Below the pieces are notes generated by a model. The model did not search any database, was not told the DNA's origin, and was given only the letters and a program-made list of their open reading frames with translations. Both the position numbers and the translations under genes were made by a program. Shown here piece by piece: positions 36,315 to 49,694 of a DNA stretch of 64,000 nucleotides. Origin of the DNA: Felis catus (lineage: Eukaryota). The first letter of the stretch is position 1; the number at the start of each line of letters is the position of its first letter. The stretch covers positions 205,780,001 to 205,844,000 of the forward strand of contig NC_058368.1 in NCBI RefSeq assembly GCF_018350175.1, given 5' to 3'.

Positions 36315-37300
36315 CGATTAAGAAACACCCCAATTAAAAATGGGTCAAAGACCTTAACAGATACCTCACTAAAGAAGATCTACAGATGGCAAATAAGCAT
36401 ATTAAAAGATGCTCCACATCGTATGTCATTAGGGAGTTGCGAATTAAAACAACAGCGAGATGTCACTGCGCAGCTATTAGAATGGCCAGAATTCGAAACA
36501 CTGACAATACCAACTGCTGGTGAGGAGGCAGAGCAACAGGAACTCTCATTCACTGGGGGGAAGAATGGAAAAGAGTTATAGTCACTTTGGAAGATGGTTT
36601 GGCAGTTCCTCACGAAACTGAACATACCAGCAGTAGTGCTCTTTGGTATTGACCCAAAGGAATTGAAAATTTATGTCTACACAAAAGCCTACACGTGGAT
36701 GTTTATAGCAGCTTTATTCCTAATTGTCCAAACTTGGAAGCAACAATGATGTCCTTCAGGAGAATGGATAAATAAACTTCGAAACAGCCAGACAACGGAA
36801 TGTTATTCAGCACTATAAAGAAATGAGCTATCAAGCCATAAAAAGACATAGCAGAATCTTAGATGCGTATTACTAACTAAAAGAAGCCAATCTGAAAAAG
36901 CGACATACCATATGATTCCAACTGTGTGACATTCTGGAAAAGGCAAAGCTCTAGAGAAGTGAAAGGGTCAGAGGTTGCCAGGCATTAGGGAGGGAGAAAG
37001 GGATTGATGCGCAGAGTCTGTTTAGGTCAGTGGAACCAGTCTGTATGATTTTATAATGGTGGATACATGTCATTATATATTTATCTAAACCTAGAGGTGT
37101 ACACACCAAAAGTGAACCCTAATGTAGGCTATGGACTTTATGTGATAATGATGTGTCAGTGTACGTTCATCAAATGTAACAAAAGGTTGATAATGTGGGA
37201 GGCTCTGGGTGTGTGAGGATAGGGAATATATGGGAAATCTGTGTAGCCTTCAATTCACCTAAAGCTTCTTAAAATATAAAGTCTATTTTAAAATAGACTT
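36315..37300 (+). mobile_element. L1MC-type 3' fragment nested in the older L1
   Basis: ORF2 C-terminal text (cagatggcaaataagcatattaaaagatgctccacatc) and L1MC-like 3' UTR (aagtgaaccctaatgtaggctatggactttatgtgataatgatgtgtcagtgt); the host resumes in the endonuclease region. Confidence 0.88.
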
Positions 37301-38097
37301 AAAAACAATTAGGAGTCCTGCTTTTGCAGTCTTCACGGGAGACTCACCTGAGACATAAGGACACAGGAAAGTTGAAAGTAAAAGGATGGAAAAAATATAC
37401 TACGTAAATATTAACAAAGGAAAGTTGGTAATAGTAGTTATCAGACTGTATTAAGACTGTAAGGCAAACAGCATTTCTATGACAGAAAGATAGTTACTAC
37501 ACAGAACAATTCACCAAGAAAAAGCTTGAACAGCCCTAAAGATGGCATTCACCTAACAAAATCAAAATAGCCTCAAAATATACAAATAAAAGCTGTGTGC
37601 ATGTCCGTCACTAAAGCCACAATTTTAGTTGAAGAGTATTTTTAGTATAATTATCATTTTATGTGCTAGATCATGCAGTTAAGAAATTAGTAAGGGTGTG
37701 TATGGTTTGACAAGACAATAAAAAAGCTTGATATAATGGGTATATAGAATCATGCTCCCCTCAAATTAAAGGATACTCATTCTTTTCAAGCACATATGGA
37801 ATATATTTAAATATTAATCACATACTGGGTCACATAACAGGTCTCAAGAAATACCAAGGTTAATTATCAAGATTATACCTATCACTTTCCTTATTTTCAA
37901 TGCAAAAAAAGGGAGAACAAAAATACAGAAAAAGTAATTTTTAAAAACATCATTAAAATATTAAAAAAAATATTTCCTATGTTAAAGAAAAAGTAATGGA
38001 CACGAAAAGTAGGTATCAAAACTAGCGTAAGAAAGCTAACCTGGTCAATAGAGTGGAATTCAGAGCCCTTTACGCATACATTAGAAAGGAGAAACAT

Positions 38098-38321
38098 GGG
38101 GGTGCCTGGGTGGCTCGGTAGGTCAGGTGGTTAAGCGCGGACTTCAGCTCAGTTCCGGGTCTCACGGTTGGTGAGTTCAGGCCCCAGCGCCAGGCTCTGT
38201 GCTGACAGCTGAGAGCCTGGAGCCTGTTTTGGATTGTGTGTCTCCCTCTCTCTCTGCCCCTCCCTCTCCCCCACTCATGCTCTGTCTATCTCTCTCTCAA
38301 AAATAAAGAAATAAACATTAA
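38098..38321 (+). mobile_element. Can-SINE inside L1, with an aberrant head
   Basis: Degenerate TSD agaaaggagaaacat / agaaaagaaaatcat. Confidence 0.93.
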
Positions 38322-39464
38322 AGAAAAGAAAATCATGGGAATTAAGAAGCTAATCATCTAATTTAAGAAGTTAGACAAATAAAGAGAAATTAAATCCAAA
38401 CAAAGGAAGGGAAAATAATACTGGCAGAAATTGATTAAATACACATCAGAAAATATAGAAAGACAGCAAAATAAAAATCTATTTCTTCTAATAAAATAGA
38501 CTATCCTCTGGAAAAAGTAATCAAGGAAAAAAGAGATTACAGAAATAAATAATGCTAGAAATGAGGAGGTATAACTATTAGTGCTGTAGAATTTTAAGAG
38601 TTCATGAATTACTTCATGCCAACACATTTGAAAAATTGAATGTTTTAGAAAAATATAACTTAACTAAAAATAACTCATTTGAAATAGAAAATCTGAAAGG
38701 TCTATAATGATTAAGCATTAAAAAAAAGCTTAAAAAAAGTCTATCTTAACTGACAGATAAAACATTTGGATCAGACTATGTTCCAAGCATAATGTTCTAA
38801 GTCAGTAGAGAACATATAACCCCTATTTCATATAAACTCCCAGAGAACAGAAAAAGTTAAAATAATAAATTAAAGCCAGATAGGGCTGATGTCAAGAATG
38901 CAAGGATATTTTAAAATGAGAAAATCTATAAATGTTTTTTACCACATTAAAAAAATTTAAAAAGGGAAAAAATTGATCAACTCACAAATACAGAGAAAGT
39001 ATTTAAAAAATTAAACACCCACTTATAATTTTTAAAAATATATACTTTTTAGCAAGCTAAAAATAGAAAGGAGAATCCTTAACCTGATAATGTATCTACC
39101 AAACAACTAATTTTAGCACTCTATTTAGCAATGAAAAGATTCTCATTAAGTTTAGAAACAAGACAAAGATGCCCACTGTCATTACTGCTCTCCAGCACTG
39201 TGTCGGAGGTCCAGCTAGAGTATTTAAATATAATAAATAAAAACACACCTATTGGAAAGAAAGAAAGAAAACTGCTACTTTTTGTAGCAAACCAAACTAT
39301 AACATACCTGAAAATAAGTCTAACAAAGAAGCATACAAACTTCATAAACAAATTATAAAGCCTTATGGACATAAAAAAGACTTGAAGAGTTCAATATGTT
39401 AAGATGACAATTCTCCCCAAATTGTTCTATCAATTACTGAAATCCCAATCAAAATCTCAACACA

Positions 39465-39665
39465 TTTTTTTCTTTTTTCTATTTTTTTTTTAATTAGAGA
39501 GAGAGTACAAACAGGGGAGAGGGGCAGAGGAGAGAGAAGGAATGTTACGTAGATCCACACTCAGCACGAGACACAATGCGGGGCTCCATCCCATGATCCT
39601 GGGATAATGACTTGAGCCAAAGTCAAGAGTCGGATGCTCAACTGACTGAGCCACCCAGGCGCCCC
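39465..39665 (-). mobile_element. Can-SINE inside L1
   Basis: ...gtcaagagtcggatgctcaactgactgagccacccaggcgcccc. Confidence 0.94.
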
Positions 39666-41521
39666 TCAAGTTTCTTCACTGGATCTAATATATTCTAAAA
39701 TTAATAGGAAAGAATGAAACTCCAACATTAGCCAAGGCAATTTTCACCAAGAAAGGGAAGTATAATGGTGAGGCCCATCATATCCAGATATGTAAAGACA
39801 GTGGGTGATAAATTTCCCAAGACTAGAGTTTAGTAAAAGGCAAAGCTAAGATTAAATCCTAGTTCATATTGCTGCCAAGTCTACATTCTCATATATCATG
39901 CTCCTCAATGACATTTAAGTCATAATTTAAAGTTATTTCTAGGATTGATAAAATGGATAATGTGCATGTAAAACAACAAGGGTAAGGAAGTTATAAGAAG
40001 GAGCAAGCTAATTGGGCTGTGGACCACATTAAATCTACATTATGAATAATTATTCAGAACTATAGAATTATAAGTCTTTGCACAATAATGTATGCTTTCT
40101 ACTATCTATAAAGATCCAGAGGAAGGATGAAAATATAAGAAGCATATTAAAAAGAATACATACACAAGTAATTTTTAAAGCAAGGTTGACAACTATTTAT
40201 ATGCATTAGAAAAATATATAAAATATATATTTGGAAGAATCTAGGTTATTTTTTTATGAGTGATACTGAGAATTGAGTAAATATGTGAAGAATGTATATG
40301 TCATTACATCAAACTTGTTTTATTAATGGGTAATTAGAACATGAGATCTTACTGCTTGGGACACCTGAGTTGACTTGAGTGTAAATTTTTGTTAAAATCA
40401 GCTGAAATGAGAATATGCATATATTTAAGTTTTCCATTCATCTGGTTTCTGCCAGCTAGTTTTTTTTTTAAGATCTGCTGAAAATCCACAATATAATACT
40501 CTGTAGACTCTTAAAAGAAATATAATTCATGGACTCTACCTACTCTCAAATTCCTTGTATTTTAATTGAGAGATATGGTCTAGACATAATTAAAAAGGAA
40601 TTAAGGATTGAGCGTTGTGAATCGGCAATGGATTTTATGAAAGAGACAGGAAAACAAAAGTATTAGTAGGGAACAATTTAATACATTCTGGTTTTAGTAT
40701 TTGGAGTCCTGATATTAAACATATTTTTTTATTTTTATGTTACTGAAAAAACCCTCTAGGACTTCAGAGATCAGATATCGTTACTGGAAAGGTCTTTTGT
40801 TCACCTTGGGAGAACAGAAGAGAATCAGGGGTCTACTTGGTAGGTAGGATTCAACTGAAAGAACCAGAGAATGCAGGGGGAAATGTCCCAATCTGTGAGC
40901 TTAATTGATAGTAAGATTTGATTATCTGTAGCCTCACATGATGGAGTTAACTGGCCACATGATTGTAGAGAAGTCGCCTGAAAGAGTTAGGATAGTGAAA
41001 ACAACCAATAACTTTCTACCACGCAGAGGTGGTGTGACAAAATTAAGGGGTGGGGGAAAGACTAGAAATGCAGAAATAATGTCATTTTTTAATCTGTGTT
41101 CCATGGCCTGGCTGATTGCCTATAATTATCCTGCTGTGAAAAGGTAAATTCTCTCCTGAGCATTAAAGGTGCCATTTGCCACAGAGGAGTGGGAGGAATT
41201 GCACTGCTAAGCGTGTTGGGTTTGGCAGAAGCCCAGTCTGAGAGATGTAACCTATTTGCTGACTAGTAGGGAAAGGAGTTTGGTAGGTGGGCATAGACAG
41301 TTTAATTTCTTTGCATCTTTTCTTGTTTCCCTTTAGAGTCCTAAAAGAAAATGTGATTATCATAATCTTGTTTCATGTGGCATCTTAAGTTGGCTGTTGT
41401 GGAGGATGAGGAACACAGAATTGGTGCCAATAGGTGTTGGGGGTTGTTGTGTAGCCATGTGACTCTGAAAAATGTGGTTTTCTGGGCCAAGGAAAAGAGA
41501 CAAACAGAATGGATTCATTTC

Positions 41522-41743
41522 TTTTTTTTTTTTTAATTTTTTAATGTTTATTTATTTTTGAGACAGAGAGAGACAGAGCATGAGCAGGGGAGGGGCAGAG
41601 AGAGGGAGACACTGAATCTGAAGCAGGCTCCAGGCTCTGAGATGTCAGCACAGAGCCCGACGCGGGGCTCGAACTCACGAACTGTGAGATCATGACCTGA
41701 ACCGAAGTCGGACGCTTAACCAACTGAGCCACCCAGGCGCCCC
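41522..41743 (-). mobile_element. Young Can-SINE (SINEC_Fc-type)
   Basis: Perfect 18-bp TSD acagaatggattcatttc (41504-41521 / 41744-41761); CpGs retained. Confidence 0.98.
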
Positions 41744-42144
41744 ACAGAATGGATTCATTTCAAACACTTAGTGACATATATGTGCTTTCTTCTTTTTTCT
41801 TTTGCTATATGCTCTGACATATATCCAGAAGTTCCTTTCTGTTGTATGGATAAGAATTAGATATAAAAAGAAGTCCGTTTAAGAGCTCATAGGTGAGGTA
41901 CTTGATATAGGTACAATCATGGTCTTTATTTTTATTTATAATTTACTTCCCACATACTTTTTGAAAAGATTTGAGCATATTGTAGCACACCACATTTGAC
42001 ACTAGATAATTAAAATAAAAAAATAAAAGGAGATTAGCAATTAAAGGAAAGAGATAAAAGAAACTACCATATATCTCTAGCCTGGATTTATATAGCTACC
42101 AAAGGAACTTGCTAAGGAAGGTTCAAGACATAATTTTCTGACAA

Positions 42145-42390
42145 TAATCATAATCAAAATCGTAATACCTAATTCTTTGGCAAGCACTGTGCTGAGGGCT
42201 TTATGTGCATTATATCATTTAATTCTGCTCGTGGCCTATCAAGTGAGGTTGGTCTATGGTATTTTCCCTATATCACAGCTCAGGAAACTGAGGCACAATA
42301 AGATTAAGTCATTTAAATTGTCAGATAGCTAAGAAGTAGTGGAACTGGGTAATCTAATTTCTAGAATCCATGTCATTCTCTCCAGTATGA
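42145..42390 (-). mobile_element. MIR remnant
   Basis: ggcaagcactgtgctgagggctttatgtgcattatatcatttaattct...caggaaactgaggcacaataagattaagtc. Confidence 0.85.
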
Positions 42391-43634
42391 CTGTTGACGT
42401 GGAATGAGTTAGTGGACAATAGGGTAATACTCTTCAAGAAAATAAGAGGATTTTGCCCTGGATATCCAGGGGTTCAGTCTCCGAGTTTTTCCAATTGCTT
42501 CATGGTAAACATATTGCAGAATGCTATTTACCATTTTCCCCAAATTCCAACTATGTCTTGGCATCATGGATATTTGTCTGACTTGCCATATATATGTTGT
42601 CTGTTGAAAAGAAAATATCATGTCCTAGGAAACCTCGTAAATCCTCCCTAGCTCTTTGATTCCAAAGTTCCAGGAAATTATTCTAAATAATGCATGCATT
42701 GCGTAGGATATAGGACCTAATTTTTTGTGATATCCTTTTTTTAATCGTGAAATCTGAGGGTATGGAGTTATATGATTTGGAGGAGACTTGTGACTGCACA
42801 ATCTTCAGCAGAACCGGGAAGGGAAGAATTCTTGCTGCTGGCATTTTCCTATAGGGAACCCCATCAGAGGGCATTTTCCCTCAAAATGATTAACCCCCAA
42901 CCCCTTTCCTGCCAAACTACCAACTTTTATATTTCTAATCTACACAGAGGGAGAAAAGGGAACTAACAGTGACATAGAGTAAGATCTGTTGTCCAGCAAT
43001 TAAGGGCTATGGCCTCAGTCATAGCCAGTCCAAGATGGCAGAACTTCCTCTATTGCCTGAGATTCAGATTTGGCCCCTTTTTGACTCTACTGCTCTCCCC
43101 ACACAAGTGATTTTATAAGGCACAGTGTAACCTTTTGGGGTGTAATGGTTCATCATTTCATTGTGAATCATAGGAAATGATGAAATATTTGGGAGTCATA
43201 TCCTTTCAAAAAAGATGAATGATTCAAGTGTCACTGTTGGAATAGCAAATGGCTCAGATAGTTTATGAGTGAATGTGTTTTCAGTTGGAATCTGGGGTGG
43301 AAGGTGTGGGGAAGGGGTATGGCAGGAAGAAGAGAGGGAATAAGAAGATATTACTTCCACTTTAGGAACTCTTGATCTAGTCTTATAAGCTAGAGGACTT
43401 GTGAGGTAATCGTAGTGTTCAACTTTGTGTTTGGCTCAGTGTCTAGGATATTGCCAGGCATATGTTAAATATTAGGTAAAGTTTACCAAAAAAATATAAC
43501 CCTTATGTATTTTTTTGTCCTAAGCTTCTAGGTTTATAAAAGACCATAAGGGTTCTTTCTGCTGCTTGTCCCTCCGTTTCCACATAGGGCTGTACATTAC
43601 CAGAATTTATTGGAATTTTCCACCCAAATACTTC

Positions 43635-43820
43635 TCTTTTTTAAAAAAAATTATATATATAGAGAGAAAGAGAGCATAAGCAGGGGAGAGGCAGAGGGAG
43701 AGAGAGAGAATCTCAAGTAGGCTCCACTACATGGAGCTCAATCCCTCGAATCCTGGGATCATGACCTGAGCTGAAATGAAGAGTCAGATGCTCAACCAAC
43801 TTGAGCCACCCAGGCACCCC
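43635..43820 (-). mobile_element. Can-SINE
   Basis: TSD core acccaaatacttc (43622-43634 / 43824-43836). Confidence 0.95.
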
Positions 43821-43980
43821 TGTACCCAAATACTTCCAATGACTCTTTGTGAACAGAAGCCCCCAGATAGGAGTGGGGAGCGGCGTTTGAGTGTTGTCCA
43901 GAGTAGCCTGCCACAAGAGAGGAAGTCTTTGAAGCTTCATGTTTCATCTTAAAAACAAAAGCAATTTTTGTCCTCTTTTT

Positions 43981-43982
<2 letters not shown>

Positions 43983-44028
<46 letters not shown>
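43983..44028. repeat. (TG)n microsatellite, perfect
   Basis: Directly visible. Confidence 0.97.
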
Positions 44029-44032
<4 letters not shown>

Positions 44033-45989
44033 ATAAAAATAATCTTATTCTCTTTAAAATATCAGCCAAAATTGGTGTTCTATAAACGTATGCCATGCTT
44101 ATGCATTGGCTTCTAGAACAACCACACTGCCATGTACCTAAATTGCAATTTGAAAAGACCTAAGCCTTCCTGGACAAATTTTTCCCCTAATAATGAAGAA
44201 GCAGTTAAATTTGTTGTCTGATTATTTGATAGGGCTGAAGTTCAGACACTTTAATATGTCAGTTGAATTCCGAAAAACAGTGCATAGGTAATTCTAAACA
44301 GTTAGAACTGTTAGTAAGTAGTGAGATGACACAACACCTGAGTGTATTTTCTCTCCTCTATCCCATACATCCTACTACCCAAAATCTTGATTGATCTGTT
44401 CAGCCAGTTGACATGTGCACCAGATTCAGCTCCACTGTAAGCAGGCTTCTCTGGCCACCCTGCCCTGGTGTCCATGGATTTCTCATGGAAGTCTAGTCAT
44501 TGCAGGTTTGTGTAGCACATATCTGTGCCGTAGCTTGACAGCTTTGTGATGGCAGCAGGGGAAAGGTCGGTAAACTCATTTGTAGCAATTAGCTGCTGGT
44601 CAGAGAGTAGTTAATACTAATGTGTTATTCTTTACAGGATGTTTTTTTTCTTCTCTTGGGATTTCTCCAAGGTTTTCTCAGAGGCCTGATTGCCTTCCTC
44701 CTGTTGAGTCTTCAGTCACCAGCTCTGTCTTCTTGCCTTGCTAGCTAGAACAAGGGGCAAGGGACTACTTTTTCAGTCTGGATCAGACAGCACCCTGAGT
44801 CCCTTTCTTGTCATCAAGCCAAGTTCATCATCTGCTTCTATTAATCCTAGGGTGTGAAGAAGGAAGCTGACCCAGGAATTCAGCTGGGGTTCCTGAGAAG
44901 ACATGTTCCGTTAACATTCTTCATCTAACTGCAATGAGGAAACTGTTTGTAATGCAGGAATCGACAATGGAACCATCTGTCAGGATAGTGGCCATCCTAA
45001 GGTGTAGAAATGGATATTCCTTCCTGGGGCCATTAGGCAGCCCACAGTGGGTAATAATAACAATTGTCATATGTAGAGAGCCCTACAATTTACAAAGTGC
45101 TATTTCATTGTTTTGTTTAATTATCATAATAGCCCAGTGAGCAATGTCTACAAAGGCATAATGGGCACCATTAGTGTTAACTACATATTTGAGAATGAAA
45201 GAGAGAGGTCTAGTAGACATCTACTAGATCATCCTGAAATGTCCCCACCATTGTTCTTCTCCTGCCTGTGCATACTAGTATTCTCAGTCTGATGATTAGT
45301 CCTGGAAAATGTTTTTTGTTCATATAGGATTAATTGTTATCTCTGGCACTCTGCTGCAGTGGAGTTTTAGGAGAGTTGCCTTCAAGCCCACAAACAAGTG
45401 TGAGTCTATTCCTGTCTTCCAGAGTTTGGTTTCACCTCTTACTGGGGCAGAGGTCTTAGGTGTGGGCAAAAGGACACCAACGGTTCTTGAACTTTTTCCT
45501 CCTGCCAAATCCCTTCTCACATAGAAGGACACTTCACAGAGTTAACTCAAATTCTGAAAATTAGTATGTCTATTTTAAATCCAACCAGATCTGTCTTTGG
45601 CTATGGTCCTATGCTTCACACTGTGTCCGGCCTGCCATATGCTGGGTTGTGTCACTGTTTAGCAAAAGAGATGCTGAATGGATCTTGTTGTTTGGAACAT
45701 TCTACTCACTTGGCCCTGGGCACTACACTGGCTTCCCATCTGCTTCTGGGTACAGCTCTTGGATCTGATTCTAATCCTGAAAGTAGGAGATGGTCTGAGA
45801 CCCACCCTCACTGGGCTGTGACTCAACCTTATGTGTGCAGAGCTTCCTTCTTTTGGGGAGAGTTTTTTTCAATTCAGTTGAACTCAACTCAAGTCATTAG
45901 GCATTTTGAGCAGCATGAGAAGAATTACGTTCTAGTTAGTAGTGGGTCAGAGTTTGGAGAATTCTATTACAACCAAAGCTATATGTCCT

Positions 45990-46453
45990 ACATATTGTTT
46001 CTTTCCTCCAGATATCTCTTCACTTGCTCTTGGCTCCTGACTATTATGGTCTTCATCAGTGGGCTTCTGTGTTCTCAAGTTCTCATTGGTTTGACCTTGA
46101 GTGGAGGTACCTTGAGTGGATGTAGGAAACTGATGTTGGGGTCTGGGGCATTTATTGCTCTAGATCCCTCTCTGAGCTTGCTTTGGGTGGGTGAGTCCCT
46201 TCACTAAAGATTCCTTCCAAGACAGCCTTCATTAGAGCCCTCTTCTACCAGTGTTTGGTAGCACTCTTCATCCTTACCCTTTGCTGCCTAGCAGTGGTAG
46301 CAAAGTCTTTGACTGTTACTAGCATTAGACACTACATTATAGTCTGTGGTTTCTCTATACCCTATTCACATGGTCCCATCATATATAAATTTTCCTTGAA
46401 TTACCCTAATTGGATTGTGCCATCTGTTTTCTGTTGAGACTCTAACAGATGCA
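45990..46453 (+). mobile_element. LTR33-like (ERVL) solo LTR
   Basis: 3' end ccttgaattaccctaattggattgtgccatctgttttctgttgagactctaacagatgca matches the LTR33 terminus; internal ggggcatttattgctctagatccctctctg. Confidence 0.75.
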
Positions 46454-48004
46454 CTGTGTGATTTGGGGCAAGCCCCTTCACAGAACTAGTTAACCTCAAA
46501 TGTTGTGGGAGATTTAAAGCAGATAGCATCCCTTCCAGCTCAAAATTTGCTTGGCAATGTAGGGACTGAAAAATAAATCTCTTTTTTAGGAACTTCAGGT
46601 CTCATTAAAGATATAATATATATACCTCTGAAATGCAGAATAAAACTAAGCATCCAAGTGATTAGGATACATAGTAAGCGCTCTAAGAATTTGGAAATGG
46701 GCAAGGTCACTGACGGTCAAAGGAAACATATGGATCTGCCAGTGAGTTCTGCTCCAACACTGAATAACCTTTTATTCGTGGATTTCCTAATCTAGATCCA
46801 AATTGGATGGTGTCTTCAAGCCTGTACCAAGCAGAAAGCCTATTTTGGAACTACTCCAGAGATCCCACACAATATTGGTTAACCTTAGACAAGGCCTTTT
46901 GGAAATGATTTACTCTTGATTTACTCAGATACATCCCACAATAAAATATAAAACTTCTAGGATTTATTAAATTGAAATGTTCTTTTTTAAAAAAAGCATA
47001 GAAAAAACAGATTAGGAGCTGAGAGGCTGGAATTCTAATTTTAATTGTCCTTCTTTAGCTCTGCCTTAAATGTTTTTTGATCTGAAAAGAATTCTCTTTT
47101 ATTTTGTTATAGGTTACTTTGGTTTTTTCTTTGATTCATCTCTATTAAAGACATATACACTGATATAAGAATAATATAATAATCACCATCATATCTATCA
47201 TATACATTAAAAAATGAAATACTATCAATACAATTAAAGTCCATGGTACATGCACTATATATATATCCCATTTGGATACTACTTTTTTCTCCACCAAAAA
47301 TAATTCCTACTCCCTCTCTCCACCTACCCACCCCTACTCCCTCTTTCTACCCTCCCACCCCAGCCAAGGCCAAGATGGACACATCGCTTTGCCAAATCCC
47401 TTTGTGTAGGGAAGCCTCACTTTCACTGAAGATACAGAGATATGCTTTAGCCTCAAAGGATGTTAGCTTTATGTGAACACTGCTTGCTCAGGCCCAGGCC
47501 TTTCTGCTGTGTATCTGTAAAAACCCAAAGCCTTAGGGGTTTAAATCCGTAAATGTCCCCGTGACATCCAAGGCTTCAGGGATGGCTTACCCTTTTGGAT
47601 TCTGTCTGCTCTTTGGTTTGGTTTTGAGCATTGGAATTTTCCTTATTTTCATACTAGTTCAGTTGTACATTTTTAAAATAAGATATTTTAAAAATATATC
47701 TTCATATATTTCTCTTATAGTAGAAGACTATTTAAAAAAAATTTGGTTTAACATATTCTGCACCAGGGTACAGAAGCTAGACATTCTACTGAGAATCAAA
47801 GACTACTCATACTGGAAGTTTGAGAACTCTTCTCCCATTTCATAGGTAAGATGACTATTGCCTAAGCTAATTATGAAAATAGAAAAACTTTTATAGCCAT
47901 GAAGCTAATTTGGCTAATCCAAATCTGCTGTAATTCAAATACATTGACTATTAGAAATGAATAGTAGAAAGTAAAATAATAGTCTCTTTAGCAGTATTCT
48001 GCTG

Positions 48005-48180
48005 TAGAACTTTTCACTTAACATTCCTTAAAGGCAGGGACCATCTTTTTAAAAATATTTAGTTGAGTTTATTAGAGGCAGCAATTGTCTTACCTATTTT
48101 TACATCTCTCATGGTGCTTAGTACACTTCTTTTCATATTGCAGGTGTTCAAAATGTATTTGCTAATTTGATTTGAATTGA
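48005..48180 (+). mobile_element. L2 3' terminus remnant
   Basis: ttccttaaaggcagggaccatc...catggtgcttagtacac...catattgcaggtgttcaaaatgtatttgctaa. Confidence 0.65.
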
Positions 48181-48971
48181 CTTTTTCAAGTTCAATGTGA
48201 AAACAAAATGGCCCTCATGTTTTTTCTTGTTTTGCTTGTCCTGACACTGACATTGAGCCAGTTCACAGCAATCTCTTCTGTAGGTTCTAGAGAATTTGTG
48301 ACTGTCCTGGTCTAATATTGGGCTCATTCAGTCACAAAGTATTTGCTTGGCTTGTACAAAAATAAATAACTTTTAACTAGGGAGTTGTGTTTTAATTATT
48401 TGCAATCCTGTGTGGCTGAATGTTAACTCCCAAGTTAAACATCTAACAAGTATAATACAATAAACGGCAGAGTTTGTTATGATTACATTTGTTTTGTTTT
48501 CATCTCAGCCTGGGATCATTAGAAATGACTGATTGGCGTGGGAGATCATTCCATCTATCATTATGTCTTTTTCTCCCGGAAGAGACCAAAAGTGAGTAAG
48601 AACATAGAGTGCACATTTCACCACAATTTAAACCCAATCTGAACACTCCCTACTTGAAGACAGCACAAATAGTCTGGTACAATAACAAGGATTTCCAAAA
48701 AAGAAAAAAAAAAAAAAGAATTTCCTTAAGAAGTAAAACAATCGATTAAGGTCTCTGTGCCTGGTTCTGTGTGTTCTACACAGTGCATGTCCAAGTCCAG
48801 AATCTTTGAGCTAAGGCCTGGAGTCGCTAGACATCAGAAGTAAAGACTAGCAGAAAAGAATATAAATGAGGAAGCAGAGATGTGAGGCATCGAGGCTGAA
48901 ACAAGAAATGTGTGCCCCGCGGGGAGCGGACTGAGGAAGGTGTGAGATTGGAAGAGGGTCGTAGCAGGAAC

Positions 48972-49000
48972 GGGGGGGGGGGGTGGGGGGGGGGGGTGGG
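48972..49000. repeat. G12-T-G12-T-G3 homopolymer tract
   Basis: Directly visible. Confidence 0.9.
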
Positions 49001-49089
49001 CAGAGGAGCTGGAATTTTCCCCAGTCACAGCTCCCATGACTGCCGCAGCCTGCTTTGGGTGTCCTTTACTTCTCTTAAGGTAGTGATCC

Positions 49090-49304
49090 GGGGCGCCTGG
49101 GTGGCTCAGTCGGTTGAGCGTCCGACTTCAACTCAGGTCACGATCTCGCGGTCCATGAGTTCGAACCCCGCGTGGGGCTCTGGGCTGATGGCTCAGAGCC
49201 TGGAGCCTGCTTCGGATTCTGTGTCTCCCTCTCTCTCTGTCCCTCCCCCGTTCATGCTCTGTCTCTCCCTGTCTCAAAAATAAATAAAAACATTAAAAAA
49301 AAAA
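49090..49304 (+). mobile_element. Can-SINE (SINEC_Fc-type, relatively young)
   Basis: TSD ttaaggtagtgatcc (49075-49089) / ttaaggtagtaaccc (49305-49319). Confidence 0.97.
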
Positions 49305-49488
49305 TTAAGGTAGTAACCCAACTCTGAAAGGAGATAGGAAGAATAAAGTAGGGGAGGAAGAAAGAGTGTGTTAAGTCACCAAAAAAATGAGACCACTTAT
49401 TGTAAAAACAAAAATAATAGGAGGAGATTCCCTTCAGCATAATTTATATGAGAGGAAATTCAGAAATGTATGCTAATAGAGGGATTAT

Positions 49489-49694
49489 TCTTTTAAATGT
49501 TTTTATTTATTTTTGAGACAGAGAGAGCATGTGAGCAAGGGAAGGGCAGAGAGAGGGGGGAGATAGGATCCAAAGTGGGCTCTGGGCTACAGCAGTGAGC
49601 CTGATATAAGGCTCTAGGGCTTGAACCCATGAACAGTAAGTTCATGACCTAAGCCAAAGTCTGACGCTCAACCAACTGAGCCACCGAGGCGCCC
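49489..49694 (-). mobile_element. Can-SINE
   Basis: Perfect 18-bp TSD tgctaatagagggattat (49471-49488 / 49695-49712). Confidence 0.95.

Larger units (their letters stand above)
34330..39790 (+). mobile_element. Long degraded L1M (5' region, ORF1, ORF2 endonuclease/RT remnants) with nested insertions
   Basis: From 37339 it translates ETHLRHKDTGKLKVKGWKK (L1 endonuclease motif ETHL...LKVKGWKK); ORF 39131-39358 FSLSLETRQRCPLSLLL resembles L1 RT FPL..GTRQGCPLSPLLF; many stops and frameshifts. Confidence 0.85.

Noticed and set aside
39131..39358. ORF with a reverse-transcriptase-like motif
   Set aside because: It is a short relic of L1 ORF2 within a heavily mutated element, not a functional CDS.
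45566..46207. Longest ORF in the track (213 aa)
   Set aside because: No recognisable domain, Leu/Ser-rich composition typical of non-coding DNA, 3' part runs into the LTR33-like element, and no promoter or polyA context.
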